From Fimbriimonadales bacterium (GTDB lineage: Bacteria > Armatimonadota > Fimbriimonadia > Fimbriimonadales > JABRVX01), in assembly GCA_045862955.1 (NCBI GenBank), contig BTVI01000013.1:1-64000 (forward strand): DNA of 64,000 bases, in the 5' to 3' direction. The notes beneath the pieces were generated by a model that had not been told where the DNA came from, did not search any database, and saw nothing but the letters and a program-made list of their open reading frames with translations. A program made the position numbers and the translations under genes. This document shows, piece after piece, positions 1 through 9,163 of the stretch. How positions within the stretch are numbered: the first letter of the stretch is position 1; the number at the start of each line of letters is the position of its first letter.

Positions 1-83
1 GCGTCCCGCTCGTCCGACGCCTCGATGGTGTCTTGCACTCGGGCCCCGCCTGTCTCGTATGCTTTGAACCGGTAGATAGGCAT
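1..83 (-). CDS. pilC: Type IV pilus/T2SS inner-membrane platform protein (PilC/GspF family), N-terminal fragment running off the window edge
   Basis: ATG at 83 reads MPIYRFKAYETGGARVQDTIEASDERD, matching the typical GspF/PilC N-terminus (MPxYxYKA..G...IEA); starts 3 nt after the pilB stop. Confidence 0.75.
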   Translation of the reverse strand, partial: MPIYRFKAYETGGARVQDTIEASDERD

Positions 84-86
84 GGG

Positions 87-1790
87 TTACTCCAGCGTCG
101 CTCTAGCCACTTCGTCGGGAGTGGTGATGCCCGCGAGCACCTTTGCTAGGGCGTCCTCCCTCAATGTCGTCATGCCCGCCGCAATGGCGGCGTCGCGAAT
201 TTGCCCTGGGGAGCACTTCTGCATGATGAGGCTCTGGATGGCCGGAGTCACCTCCAGCGCCTCATAGGCACCGCACCTACCCAAGTAGCCCGTGCGGGCA
301 CAGTAGTCGCATCCGAGACCTTGCTCGTAGGCATGCTCCAGCGGGAGACCGAGCTGGTGAAGGAGCAAGTCGCTGGGTCGGTGCGGCATCTTGCACCTTT
401 GGCAGGTCACGCGCAAGAGCCGCTGCGCAAGCACCAAGTTGACGGCCGACGCAACCAAGAACGGTTCGATCCCCATGTCCACCAGCCTGCTCACCGCACC
501 TGCTGCGTCGTTTGCGTGTAGGCTGGATAGAACGAGGTGCCCGGTGAGTGCAGCCTCGATGGCAATTTCGGCCGTCTCGGTGTCGCGAATCTCGCCGACG
601 AGCAGCACGTCGGGGTCCTGGCGGAGAATGGCGCGCAGACCGTTGGCGAACGTTACGCCGGCGCGAGGGTTGACGTTGCCCTGGACGACGCCGGTGAGCT
701 GATACTCGACCGGGTCTTCGATGGTCATGACATTACGCTCGACGGTGTTGAGCGCGTTGAGCGCCGCGTATAGCGTGGTGGTTTTTCCCGAGCCGGTCGG
801 GCCAGTTGCTAGGATCATGCCGCTGGGGGCGGCGATGTGTCGCTCTACTCTCGACCGCACCTCTGGACTTAGCCCGAGGCGGTCCATTCCTATCATCGCA
901 GCCTTCTTGTCCAGGATGCGGAGCACGATGTTCTCGCCGTTCACACTCGGATAGGTGGAGATGCGGAAGTCGAACTCGCCTTGGGGTGTAACCAGCGCGC
1001 AACGCCCGTCCTGCGGGGCTCTCCGTTCAGCGATATCCATGGCTCCCATCACTTTGATGCGAGAAGCCAGCGGGTGCTGAAGGTCTTTGGGCAAGACCAT
1101 CGCTTCCTGCAGGATGCCGTCTATTCGGTAACGCACACGTACGCGGCGGGGGTGAGGCTCGATGTGGATGTCGCTAGCCCGAACGGCGATCGCTCTAGCG
1201 AAGATGGCATTCACTAGCTTCACGACCGGCGCGCCTTCGGCAACCTCCTTGAGCTCGACGACGTTGACCTGACCTTCTTCGGCCTCGTCGTCTGCAACTT
1301 CGATCTCTCCCGTGTCGAGGCCCTTCACCGCCTCCCCGACGATCTCGCCGAGGTCATCGTAAGCACCGAAAGTCCGAAAGATGGCGTCGCGGATGTCTTC
1401 TTCCGTCGCGATGTAGGGCTCTACCGGCGCGCCGAGGCGTGCTTGGAGGTCGTCCAGGGCCGCAATGTCGAGTGGGTTGGCCATCGCGACGCTGTAGCCC
1501 TCGGCGGTCTTGTCGAAAGGTACCGCCATCAGCCTTATTGCAACGGCGTGGGGTAGGGCACGCGCGAGCGAGGTGTCCAGCTCCACGTTGGAGAGGTCTA
1601 TGAAAGGCACGCCGAGCTGCTTGCCGATGCAGAAGGTTTTCTGCTTCTCCGTGAGCAGTCCTAGGCGCACGAGTAGGTCGCCAACTGGTTCGGTCGCGTC
1701 CTCCCTACGGCCCAGGATTCGGTCGAGTTCATCGCGACCGATCAGGCCCTCTTCTACCACTAAGTCGGCAAGCGGCCGCTCGGTGATCAT
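87..1790 (-). CDS. pilB: Type IV pilus/T2SS assembly ATPase (PilB/GspE) with degenerate MshEN-like N-terminus
   Basis: Walker A GPTGSGKTT, TIEDPVEY, LRQDPD, GEIRD, TGHLV, CxxC...CxxC zinc motif. True start MITERP at 1790 overlaps the secretin stop (ATGA); the longer ORF-track start is an artefact. Confidence 0.95.
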   Translation of the reverse strand: MITERPLADLVVEEGLIGRDELDRILGRREDATEPVGDLLVRLGLLTEKQKTFCIGKQLGVPFIDLSNVELDTSLARALPHAVAIRLMAVPFDKTAEGYSVAMANPLDIAALDDLQARLGAPVEPYIATEEDIRDAIFRTFGAYDDLGEIVGEAVKGLDTGEIEVADDEAEEGQVNVVELKEVAEGAPVVKLVNAIFARAIAVRASDIHIEPHPRRVRVRYRIDGILQEAMVLPKDLQHPLASRIKVMGAMDIAERRAPQDGRCALVTPQGEFDFRISTYPSVNGENIVLRILDKKAAMIGMDRLGLSPEVRSRVERHIAAPSGMILATGPTGSGKTTTLYAALNALNTVERNVMTIEDPVEYQLTGVVQGNVNPRAGVTFANGLRAILRQDPDVLLVGEIRDTETAEIAIEAALTGHLVLSSLHANDAAGAVSRLVDMGIEPFLVASAVNLVLAQRLLRVTCQRCKMPHRPSDLLLHQLGLPLEHAYEQGLGCDYCARTGYLGRCGAYEALEVTPAIQSLIMQKCSPGQIRDAAIAAGMTTLREDALAKVLAGITTPDEVARATLE

Positions 1791-3148
1791 CCCTCGGGGT
1801 CCTCCAGAATCGTAGGGGTGATAATGATGACGACCTGGGAATTGAGCTTGGTGGTCTTCCTGCGCTTGAACAGCTCGCCGAAAAGCGGGATCTGAGACAG
1901 CCCTGGTACCTTTTCCATCGTCTTGATCTCTTCCTGGCGAATGAGGCCGCCGATCACGATGGGTTGGCCGTGCTTTACTCGAAGGCTGGTCTGAGCCTCT
2001 CTCGTGGCGATCTGCGGGTAGCTCGCGCCGTTCTGCTCCAGGTAGCCCGTTACCACGGACACCTGCGGATAGAGAGTCAGTGCGATCTCGTCGTCTTCTG
2101 TGATCAGCGCGGAGACCTGCAAGTAGATGCCGACGCGTTCCTCCTGCTTGTCGAAGATGGGAGTGTTCGCTTGCGAATAACCGATCAAGACTGGGTACAG
2201 CAGCCTCTGGCCAATCAACACGAACGCCTTCTCGCCGTCCAGCACGCTTACGTTTGGCGCGGCGAGGAGCTGTGCCTTCCCCTCCTTCTCCATTGCCGCA
2301 AGCACAGCGTCTATGTTGAATGGCTGGCGGGAGTATGCGCCGAACTGGATACCGTCGCCAGAACGCTCCCGCAGGCCGATGGTGGACCAGCTCCACGAGA
2401 TGCCGAGTTCCTTCAGTGCGTCCTGCGTCACATCCCGGATGGTCACGGCGATGTTGACCTGACGTCGCGGCACGTCCATGCTCCGCAGCGCCTCGAGGGC
2501 GGACTCCACCAAGGCCTCTGGTCCTCGCACTAACACCCTGCGCGATGCAGATTGCTCCGTAGCTCCCGCTGCCATCGGCTGTGCCCCCATTCCGGACTGC
2601 GTAGAATACGTGCCCGAGAGACCGGGAGTAAGCGGTCCCGGAGCAAGTGACGCAACCAGACCTTTTCCACCGTCAGCGGGAAATAGCTTCTCCAGTAGGG
2701 TGACGGCCTCCGAAGCCTTGATGTGGCTGCACAGGTAGCTCTTGACCACCAGACGTTCGGCAGGGGGAGGAGGCGGTGGAGCGGGCCGAAGTTCGGGAAA
2801 CAGCTCCTGGAGTTTCTCGGAAGTTCCGACCACGTACACGTCGCCGTCCCGATGCCAACTCATGCCGTCGTACTTGGTGAGCTGCGTGAGCGCCTCCTCG
2901 AAGGAAGCGTCGTGAAGGCTGAAGCTCCGCTTCGCCTTCATCTCGGAGGCAAACACCAGGTTCAGTCCACGCTGCCGGGCCAGGAGTTGAAGCACCGCCG
3001 CAACGTCCGCGTCGTTCATGGAAAGGTCGACGGGTTCGGCAGGGTCGGTGGGCGTAGCCATCGCCATGACGGCCAAGAGCAAAGTAGCCAGGATGAGCAA
3101 CCCGCCAAACACCGGATGGCCTCTCGCACCGAGCCGTTGGAACATCAT
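1787..3148 (-). CDS. Secretin (GspD/PilQ family) with N-terminal STN/N0-like and N3-like domains
   Basis: Signal peptide; DADVAAVLQLLA N-domain; LGISW; LLAAPNVSVLDGEKAFV; GQPIVIGGL; KVPGLSQIPLFGELFK secretin motif; AGGAGG SD before ATG 3148. Confidence 0.92.
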   Translation of the reverse strand: MMFQRLGARGHPVFGGLLILATLLLAVMAMATPTDPAEPVDLSMNDADVAAVLQLLARQRGLNLVFASEMKAKRSFSLHDASFEEALTQLTKYDGMSWHRDGDVYVVGTSEKLQELFPELRPAPPPPPPAERLVVKSYLCSHIKASEAVTLLEKLFPADGGKGLVASLAPGPLTPGLSGTYSTQSGMGAQPMAAGATEQSASRRVLVRGPEALVESALEALRSMDVPRRQVNIAVTIRDVTQDALKELGISWSWSTIGLRERSGDGIQFGAYSRQPFNIDAVLAAMEKEGKAQLLAAPNVSVLDGEKAFVLIGQRLLYPVLIGYSQANTPIFDKQEERVGIYLQVSALITEDDEIALTLYPQVSVVTGYLEQNGASYPQIATREAQTSLRVKHGQPIVIGGLIRQEEIKTMEKVPGLSQIPLFGELFKRRKTTKLNSQVVIIITPTILEDPEG

Positions 3149-3342
3149 TGCCAACCTCCTGATACATCCGCGAGCAGTTTGTCTGAGGTGTCAGGGAGAA
3201 CCCCCTGTCGCTGCCTACCGGCGGTCAGATGGGGGCCTGCGGCAGCCCTCCTGTCATCCATGGCACCTGGTGGAGGTGTCATGCCCTGGCTGCCCTCGTT
3301 GCTTACGCTGGCGGCGACGCCTGGCTTCCCGAGCGCCATCAC
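3145..3342 (-). CDS. Small hypothetical protein (65 aa) bridging two operon genes
   Basis: Start overlaps the upstream stop (GTGA) and stop overlaps the secretin start (ATGA); no recognisable motif. Confidence 0.35.
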   Translation of the reverse strand: MMALGKPGVAASVSNEGSQGMTPPPGAMDDRRAAAGPHLTAGRQRQGVLPDTSDKLLADVSGGWQ

Positions 3343-3983
3343 GGCCCAGCCTCCGAAAGAAACAGGATCCGTGCGCAGCCGCTGCTTTCGAGCGCTACAT
3401 AAGTGGACGTGACCCGTGCCACGCGTTCGCCGCTGGGCAGCCTGTCCGACAACATCACCTGCAGATACTCGCCACTTTCCGTGAGCAGGAGGGCAGCGGG
3501 TCGCGACCCGAGCACCACCGCCACGAGCCGGTACTGAGGCAGGGAGGGCACGAGGTCCGACCCCGATGCCTCTGGCACTGGCGGTGGCTGGCCTCCTCCA
3601 ACGTCAGCCCCCGAAGGTGCCTTCACCGTGACGGGTGCAGGCGCGGCCTTGCCGGGTTCTCCGGAGGGCGCTGGTTGTACGGGAAGAAGGCCCCCCAACC
3701 CACCGGCTGGCACTTGGTCCGTCATAGTGCCCTCTGGTTGCTCCGGTTGTGAGAGCGCGGGATGAAAGTAGGGGTTACGCGCTTCGGCCTGCTGCGAGTC
3801 GGTTGCCGTCGGGATGGTAACCGAGGTCTGCACCCGGGGAGCCACTTCCTGAACGTTTACACGCACGGGGCTCGGACCTGCCAGAGCCTGCTGCACGGCG
3901 TAGCCGACGACGAGCACCGCTATGAGCGACAGCGGCGCTACCATGCGCGGGTCCCGGCGAAAGCGGTTGATGCGCTCCATCAT
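3339..3983 (-). CDS. Pilus assembly protein, PilP/GspC-like (TM helix, Pro-rich linker, C-terminal beta domain)
   Basis: MMERINRF start overlaps the pilO stop (ATGA); C-terminal YRLVAVVLG..AALL...GE.V..V resembles the PilP/GspC-HR fold; position after pilMNO. Confidence 0.6.
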   Translation of the reverse strand: MMERINRFRRDPRMVAPLSLIAVLVVGYAVQQALAGPSPVRVNVQEVAPRVQTSVTIPTATDSQQAEARNPYFHPALSQPEQPEGTMTDQVPAGGLGGLLPVQPAPSGEPGKAAPAPVTVKAPSGADVGGGQPPPVPEASGSDLVPSLPQYRLVAVVLGSRPAALLLTESGEYLQVMLSDRLPSGERVARVTSTYVALESSGCARILFLSEAGP

Positions 3984-4588
3984 GTGGGTTCCGCCGCTCC
4001 CTCGGCCGACGGGCTGCCGGGCTGATACACCTCTACGGTCAGCTTGAGCTGCACCAGCGGTGTGCCTGAGGCGTCCGAACCCGTTCGGGACGTCTCGATG
4101 GCCAGAAACTCCAAAGGCATCGGGAACGCCTGCATCCCGTGCAGCACGCTTCGGATCGCCGAGTATGGCCCTACGGCCTGAATGCTGTGGCCGAGAACGA
4201 CCCAACCTTCGATGCCCGCTCCGCCTGCCATTTGGTCTAAGGCGGCTCGAGGCGTCGTGTCGGCCTCCAACGAATCGATGACCACGCCATGCTCCCGACA
4301 GAGCTGCTCGAACATCGAGGTGAACTGCGCGGGAGCATCCGCCTGTAGCTGCTCGGGAGAGACGGCCGCGGCACTGCTGCTGACTCGACGTAGGTCCTCG
4401 AGTGCCTGCAACCGGGCGCTCTCGGTCACCCGAACCGCCTTCTTGCTGCCTTCTAGCTTGCTGTGTTGCTGCCACAGGGAGTAGCCCGCGTAGCACCCCG
4501 TCACGAGCATCACGACGATGCCGATCCGGTGTGCGGCTCGCAGCGACTCGAGGACCGAGCGCTTGGACAGGAACAGCCTCCAGTTCAC
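3980..4588 (-). CDS. pilO: PilO/GspM-like alignment-complex protein
   Basis: GTG start overlaps the pilN stop; single TM, coiled coil, GPYSAIRSVLHGM (cf. GxYxxxxxFLxxL); order pilM-N-O. Confidence 0.7.
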   Translation of the reverse strand: MNWRLFLSKRSVLESLRAAHRIGIVVMLVTGCYAGYSLWQQHSKLEGSKKAVRVTESARLQALEDLRRVSSSAAAVSPEQLQADAPAQFTSMFEQLCREHGVVIDSLEADTTPRAALDQMAGGAGIEGWVVLGHSIQAVGPYSAIRSVLHGMQAFPMPLEFLAIETSRTGSDASGTPLVQLKLTVEVYQPGSPSAEGAAEPT

Positions 4589-5193
4589 TGCGCCTTCACC
4601 TTGCCTCTCAGTTCGTAGTGCACAGCGGCGGCTGAAGTGCGCAGCCTCTCCGCAGGCTGGACGCGAGCAATCGCTACATCGCGGAAGTCGGGCCGGCTTC
4701 GCAGCGATGCCAGCCAACGGTTGGCGTCGGTTAGTGACGGGGCCTCGCCGGTGACGGTCGTCTCGAACGCTCCGGGCAGCGAACGGATGGACACTCCGGA
4801 CACGAATCCGCTCCGCCCGACACCTTCTTCGAGCGAGTGAAGGACGGAGAGCCAGCGCCAGCGGTGCTGCCTTGTGGCCTGGAGCCTCTCGGCGTACTGG
4901 ACGGCGGGTTGCAGGTCTGCGGATCGCCGCTTCACTGCCTCGTAGCGTTTCGATGCCTCCGCTGCGGCAGCGCTCGCCTTCCGAGCCTCTGCGCGGACTT
5001 GGGAGGCGGCGATCAACAGATAGGGCAGAAGGGTGGCGCCGAGGAGTGCCAGCACCGCCAGATGCCGGAGAGTACGTACGGAAGCGGCGTAAGTGGCAGT
5101 GTGTTGGCTTATCCGCTCCTCGAGTAGGTTCAAACCCTCGAAGGCGGGAGCGCAGTCAAGAAGCTCGGCTCCAGATGTACTCACCTGCGTCAT
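4585..5193 (-). CDS. pilN: PilN domain protein
   Basis: LNLL PilM-binding motif (INLL-type), TM helix, coiled coil, VTGEA...WLASL...FRDV pattern. Confidence 0.8.
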   Translation of the reverse strand: MTQVSTSGAELLDCAPAFEGLNLLEERISQHTATYAASVRTLRHLAVLALLGATLLPYLLIAASQVRAEARKASAAAAEASKRYEAVKRRSADLQPAVQYAERLQATRQHRWRWLSVLHSLEEGVGRSGFVSGVSIRSLPGAFETTVTGEAPSLTDANRWLASLRSRPDFRDVAIARVQPAERLRTSAAAVHYELRGKVKAQ

Positions 5194-6337
5194 TCGCCTC
5201 ACCTCTTTCTGCTTCGGGCGCGGTCGCCACGTCGGCCGCGGCGAGACCGATTGCCGCAGTGAAGGCCTGCTCTCGGTGGGAGACCGACTCGAATGCCTTC
5301 ACGTTGAACTTCGCCAAGACCTGCGAAAACGGGTTCACCACGTGTACCGTGATGCCGAGTGCAGCGCCGAGATAGGCGTCGATTCCACGCAGCGATGCCA
5401 GACCGCCACACAAATACATCCTGTCGAGAATCCCGGCGTAGCTCCGCTCTGGGAAAAGCGAGCGGTAATACACTAGCAGCCGGCCTATCTCGCGTATGAG
5501 TGGTGCCATCGTGGGGGCCACATCGAGGTCCTCCCGTGCGTGGTCCAACTGCAGCCACAGCCTTCCGGTGGGGTCGAGGTTCGTCGTCGGAGCCTCGAGC
5601 ATCTGGGCCCCATCCGCCTCCGTGCAACCCACCTGCTCGGCGACGGCCAGTGCCAGGTTCCTAGCGCCGAAGGCAATCGATCGCACGAAGCGGAGTCGCA
5701 TGTCGCGGACCACGTACATCTCGGTCGCCGAGGACCCCATCTCGACGAAGGTGAGCGACTGGTTTCGCCAGAAGACCCCGCCTTGGCTGAACAGGTTATG
5801 GAGCGCTCGAAGCACGCAGAGCGGCTCGATGTCCGCAGCTACCGGCTCGATGTGCGCGGCCTCCATTACCTCTGCGCGAGCGTCCACTACGTCCCGCGGT
5901 GCAGCCACGAGCAGATAGTGAACGTCTCCGGCGCTGGCACCGGGCTCGAGCGGGTACAAGGCCTGGTAGGATCCGGCCGGGTCCACTCCAAAGTACCGAT
6001 GCGCCTGCATACGAGCCGCGTCGGGCAAGTCCTGAGGGTCCATCCTTGGCAGGTCGAGCCACTTAAGAGACAGTGACGAGGTCGGAACGGAGAACCGGCC
6101 CCGTGGGGGCGTAATCCCCTGTTCCTTGCACAGCCTTCGCAACATACTAGCCAAACGCCGACGCTCCACGATGCGGTCGCCCTCGTAGCAGCCGGGTGCG
6201 ACGGGTAGGGCCGCTGCAGCGCGGACGGTCAGACCCTCTACGGCTTCCTCCACGTGCACCGCCTTGAGGAAGCGTCGGCCGAAGTCGACCCCGAAACCTT
6301 GCCTGCGTCTTGCTCCGGTCTTCCCGCCTCCAGGCAT
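5156..6337 (-). CDS. pilM: Type IV pilus assembly protein PilM (actin-like)
   Basis: GVDFG..LKAV, LLVAA, ADIEP, VEMGS, YLCGG, VNPF, AAIGLA motifs. Confidence 0.92.
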   Translation of the reverse strand: MPGGGKTGARRRQGFGVDFGRRFLKAVHVEEAVEGLTVRAAAALPVAPGCYEGDRIVERRRLASMLRRLCKEQGITPPRGRFSVPTSSLSLKWLDLPRMDPQDLPDAARMQAHRYFGVDPAGSYQALYPLEPGASAGDVHYLLVAAPRDVVDARAEVMEAAHIEPVAADIEPLCVLRALHNLFSQGGVFWRNQSLTFVEMGSSATEMYVVRDMRLRFVRSIAFGARNLALAVAEQVGCTEADGAQMLEAPTTNLDPTGRLWLQLDHAREDLDVAPTMAPLIREIGRLLVYYRSLFPERSYAGILDRMYLCGGLASLRGIDAYLGAALGITVHVVNPFSQVLAKFNVKAFESVSHREQAFTAAIGLAAADVATAPEAERGEANDAGEYIWSRAS

Positions 6338-6339
6338 CG

Positions 6340-8016
6340 TTATGCGGCCCTCAGGTGGTCTCGAGAGGTTGCCACGTTGCTCCAGTGGTCTTTGTACATC
6401 TCGTCCAATTTGCCCTCGCGCAGCAGTGTCTTCAGCACCTGCACCACCACCGGGTCGAACTGCGTGCCGGCAAAGCGGTTGAACTGCTCCAGCCTCAACT
6501 TCTCATCCATCACGTCACGGTAGGGACGCCTGGACGACATTGCATCGAACGCATCTGCGACACATACGATCCGCACGGACAGCGGCAACTCACCGCCCTT
6601 CAGCCCGTCCGGATAGCCGGTGCCGTCGAGCTTTTCGTGATGGTTGCGGATCAGCATCAGCGCGCCCTCGTTCAGCCCGAGGGGCTTGCATATGTCGTAG
6701 CCGATGACCGTGTGCTGCCGCATCAGGGCAAACTCCTCTTCGGTCAGCCGGCCAGGCTTGTTCAGGACCGCATCCGGGATGCCGATCTTGCCTATATCGT
6801 GCAAGAGCGTGCCGACCCGTATCTCCGCGAGCGCCTCCTCACATACACCCATGTGCCGGGCAAGCATCAAGGAGAGGTCGCACACCCGCTGCGAGTGTCC
6901 CCTGGTGTACTCATCGCGGGCCTCCAGTGAGTTGGCCAAGGTCTCCAGGGTCCGGAGGAAGGTGTCGCGCAGTGCCTCGTACATCCGCTCGTTCACTGCC
7001 GCAACGGACACCATGGAGGCCAGGGTGCGCACGAAGTCCAGGTCCTCCTCAGCGAAGCTGTGCCCCGGCTCGAATGAGTGGAACACTAGTACTCCCACGA
7101 CCTCTTGCTGCTTTTCCGCAGACGGGTCCACGGAGCCGAGTCGGTAGAGTAGCGGTGCGGCGATCGCGCAACCCCGACCACCGTCCTCATGCTTCTCGAG
7201 CAAGCCCTCTGGCGTGTCGTCCTGTTCGTTCGGGTTCACGAGGAGCGGCTGACCCGTAGCCGCTACGTATCCTGCCAGCCCCTCTCCGACCCGGCACTCT
7301 TTCGGAAAGTCCACGTTGCCGCGCCTGCAGTAGGCTACTTCGGTGAGTAGCATGTCGCGGTTGTCCTTGGCGGCCAGCATGACGTACCCGTAGGTAGCAC
7401 CGAGTTCCTGTACCGCGGAGCGAAGGACGTGGGAGAGCAGCGGGCTGAGGCGTTGGCCGCTGGTAAGGCTCATACAGCAGTCGTAGACGGTGGCTAGCCT
7501 CATCTGCTGTGCCGCCTTGCCCTCTTCCTGCATTCGGTGCTGACCCAGATAGAGGCCTAGGAAGCCGCTGAGGGCGACGATGCCTCCTCGGGCGAGCAAC
7601 GTTAGGGCAGGGATGCCGCCGGAGGCGACTACCGCGGCAAAGAGGTACGACACTACCGCCAGTCCGGTGAGTGCGACGATGGTTCTGCGCCTCGCCGTGG
7701 CGTATCCCGCCTGGACGAGCACCACCGAGTACAGCAGGTAGGTGTTGCTGTGCACGCCGCCGGGAGCCAGAAGTGTGGATGTGACCACGATGATATCGGC
7801 AGCTCTGGCCACTTGGGCAAGCCGCCGACCGGCCCGCTTGTAAGCGATGGCATCCAAGCAAGCGCGCCACAGAACGATGTTATATGCCCCTGCAATAACT
7901 CCTACAAATAGGATCGCGGCGAACGGCGCTCGCCCTTCCAGCATCAGCACCGCTGCAGCAAGAATCGCCCAGCGCACGCGTACGGATATCAGTTCGGCCC
8001 GACGCTTGTTCTCCAT
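6340..8016 (-). CDS. Membrane-anchored GAF + HD-GYP cyclic-dinucleotide phosphodiesterase
   Basis: N-terminal TM helices; GEGLAGYVA GAF signature; EARDEYTRGHS, HDIGK, HHEKLDGTGYP, ADAFDAM..RPYR all intact. Confidence 0.92.
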   Translation of the reverse strand: MENKRRAELISVRVRWAILAAAVLMLEGRAPFAAILFVGVIAGAYNIVLWRACLDAIAYKRAGRRLAQVARAADIIVVTSTLLAPGGVHSNTYLLYSVVLVQAGYATARRRTIVALTGLAVVSYLFAAVVASGGIPALTLLARGGIVALSGFLGLYLGQHRMQEEGKAAQQMRLATVYDCCMSLTSGQRLSPLLSHVLRSAVQELGATYGYVMLAAKDNRDMLLTEVAYCRRGNVDFPKECRVGEGLAGYVAATGQPLLVNPNEQDDTPEGLLEKHEDGGRGCAIAAPLLYRLGSVDPSAEKQQEVVGVLVFHSFEPGHSFAEEDLDFVRTLASMVSVAAVNERMYEALRDTFLRTLETLANSLEARDEYTRGHSQRVCDLSLMLARHMGVCEEALAEIRVGTLLHDIGKIGIPDAVLNKPGRLTEEEFALMRQHTVIGYDICKPLGLNEGALMLIRNHHEKLDGTGYPDGLKGGELPLSVRIVCVADAFDAMSSRRPYRDVMDEKLRLEQFNRFAGTQFDPVVVQVLKTLLREGKLDEMYKDHWSNVATSRDHLRAA

Positions 8017-8064
8017 GGATGGTTCGAAGTGCCCGACCTAATAATCGGTAGGCGGAGAAGTAGC

Positions 8065-8490
8065 GTGCAGGAACCTCGGCAGAGCGAGCGCAGAGTTGCG
8101 GCCCGGAGCAGGTCCTTCAGAGGGATGACCTTGGTGGAACTGCTGGTGGCGCTCGTCGTCATCGGCATCGGCGGTGCCGCCACCATCGAGGCGATTCGCT
8201 TTGCCCACGGTGCAAATCTTAAGGCAGCTTACATCCAGGCGGCATGCGTGTTCTCACAGAACGCCTTCGAGCAGCGTCGTGCGAACCCGAGCCTGCTCAC
8301 CCCCGGCTCGAGCGTGACATCGCCCGTCACCGGCCTTCCCGATCAGTCCTCTGGCACGGTCACTGTCTCGGAGGTGCCGGGGCGTGTGGGCCTGTGGTCG
8401 GTCCAGGTCGAGGTCACGTGGACAGCCGGCGGCGCCCGCGGATCGCTATCCGGGAGAGTCACCGAGGAGACCCTGATCTATGCGCCGTAG
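8065..8490 (+). CDS. Minor pilin (PilV/GspI-like)
   Basis: Class III signal RG/MTLVELLVAL; C-terminal V.VEVTW motif; GGAG SD before GTG 8065. Confidence 0.8.
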   Translation: MQEPRQSERRVAARSRSFRGMTLVELLVALVVIGIGGAATIEAIRFAHGANLKAAYIQAACVFSQNAFEQRRANPSLLTPGSSVTSPVTGLPDQSSGTVTVSEVPGRVGLWSVQVEVTWTAGGARGSLSGRVTEETLIYAP

Positions 8491-9163
8491 ACGCGAGCAT
8501 GCCACCGTCGGTCGTGGCGTAGGCCTGAAACGTGGATTCACACTTGCCGAGGTTACGGTGGCGACCGGGCTTACCGCCGTGGCGATTGCCACCGTGGTGG
8601 GAGCGCACTCCTTTGTCGTTACGCAGACGGCAAGGGTCGGAGCCCAAGCTGCAGCGACGGTGACCACCGCGGCCGCCCTCGAGGCGATGCGCCCCACCAT
8701 CGAGGCGGCATTCTCGTGCAGGACGGTCACGCTGCCCAGCGGCAACCGCGCCCTGCTATGCGAGATGCCCGACGCGTCGGCGTACGGCGCGCCCGCACCC
8801 TATCGTGTGAACACGGCCGGCGAGGCCCTGTACCGAGGAGGAGAGGTGTACGCCTTTTACTTCTCGGACGAGACAGGCTCGGTTGAAGCCACGGGCAACG
8901 TGCTCTGGCGGGCCAGGGCACCGGCCGGATCATCGGACTTCACGGTGGATACTCAGTGGTCTCTGTACTATGGAACCGGCAGGCCACGGTTCGTCTGCGT
9001 GCCGGGTGGTTCATGGGCCTGGGTGTCGTCCACGGAGCCCAGAGTGCGTGTGGCGCTCGAGAGCCGAGAAGCGGTGCGGACTTCGGTGCTCAGCCCGAGG
9101 ACCGAGGGCACTGAGCAGCGGCGCATCGTTCGGCAGTTCTACTACAGGAACTGGCGGCAATGA
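8480..9163 (+). CDS. Minor pilin (PilW/GspJ-like)
   Basis: KRG/FTLAEVTV prepilin motif; overlaps both neighbouring genes. Confidence 0.8.
   Translation: MRRRREHATVGRGVGLKRGFTLAEVTVATGLTAVAIATVVGAHSFVVTQTARVGAQAAATVTTAAALEAMRPTIEAAFSCRTVTLPSGNRALLCEMPDASAYGAPAPYRVNTAGEALYRGGEVYAFYFSDETGSVEATGNVLWRARAPAGSSDFTVDTQWSLYYGTGRPRFVCVPGGSWAWVSSTEPRVRVALESREAVRTSVLSPRTEGTEQRRIVRQFYYRNWRQ

Noticed and set aside
1791..2396. N-terminal extension of the 769-aa PilB ORF
   Set aside because: Off-frame read-through of the secretin gene; the real start is the ATGA overlap at 1790
3984..4496. N-terminal extension of ORF 3339..4496
   Set aside because: Overlaps pilO in another frame; the coupled start at 3983 is better supported
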